Assembly: GCF_964194155.1 (NCBI RefSeq)
Contig: NC_135879.1
Location: forward strand, 31,124,001 to 31,188,000
Length of the DNA: 64,000 nucleotides
Origin: Cetorhinus maximus
Taxonomy: Eukaryota
Direction of reading: 5' to 3'
Below the pieces are notes generated by a model. It was not told where the DNA came from. It was given only the letters and a program-made list of their open reading frames with translations, and did no database searches. Positions 63,928 through 64,000 of the stretch are shown here, one piece after another (the stretch's first letter is position 1; every line of letters begins with the position of its first letter). The translations under genes and the position numbers were made by a program.

Positions 63928-64000
63928 TTAGAACTAATGAATACTAATTGAAATGCTCCACCAGAGAGAAAGCACAGAATTTAGTACAATAGGCAGAGGT

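Overview
Vertebrate genomic DNA, very probably a cartilaginous fish (shark), judged from the repeat families. It is AT-rich and densely filled with decayed CR1, L2, RTE, Tx1 and other LINEs, SINEs, MITEs and solo LTRs. Two protein-coding genes lie in tandem on the minus strand. One is the last two exons and 3' UTR of ABHD18 (~56.0-63.9 kb). The other is the CpG-island promoter and first four coding exons of a LARP1-family gene (8.1-46.6 kb), most likely LARP1B because of ABHD18-LARP1B synteny; it continues beyond position 1. Nearly all ORFs in the supplied track are retrotransposon remnants or spurious. I found no convincing new multi-gene system. The most striking structure is a near-perfect 474-bp-arm inverted repeat (52399-53470) whose architecture (A B C' B' A' D) points to a recent template-switch rearrangement inside a SINE. 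Next are degenerate hammerhead-ribozyme cores in Penelope-like repeats and a LARP1-like N-terminal extension on the putative LARP1B. Repeat family names come from motif recognition, not database searches, and repeat boundaries are approximate.
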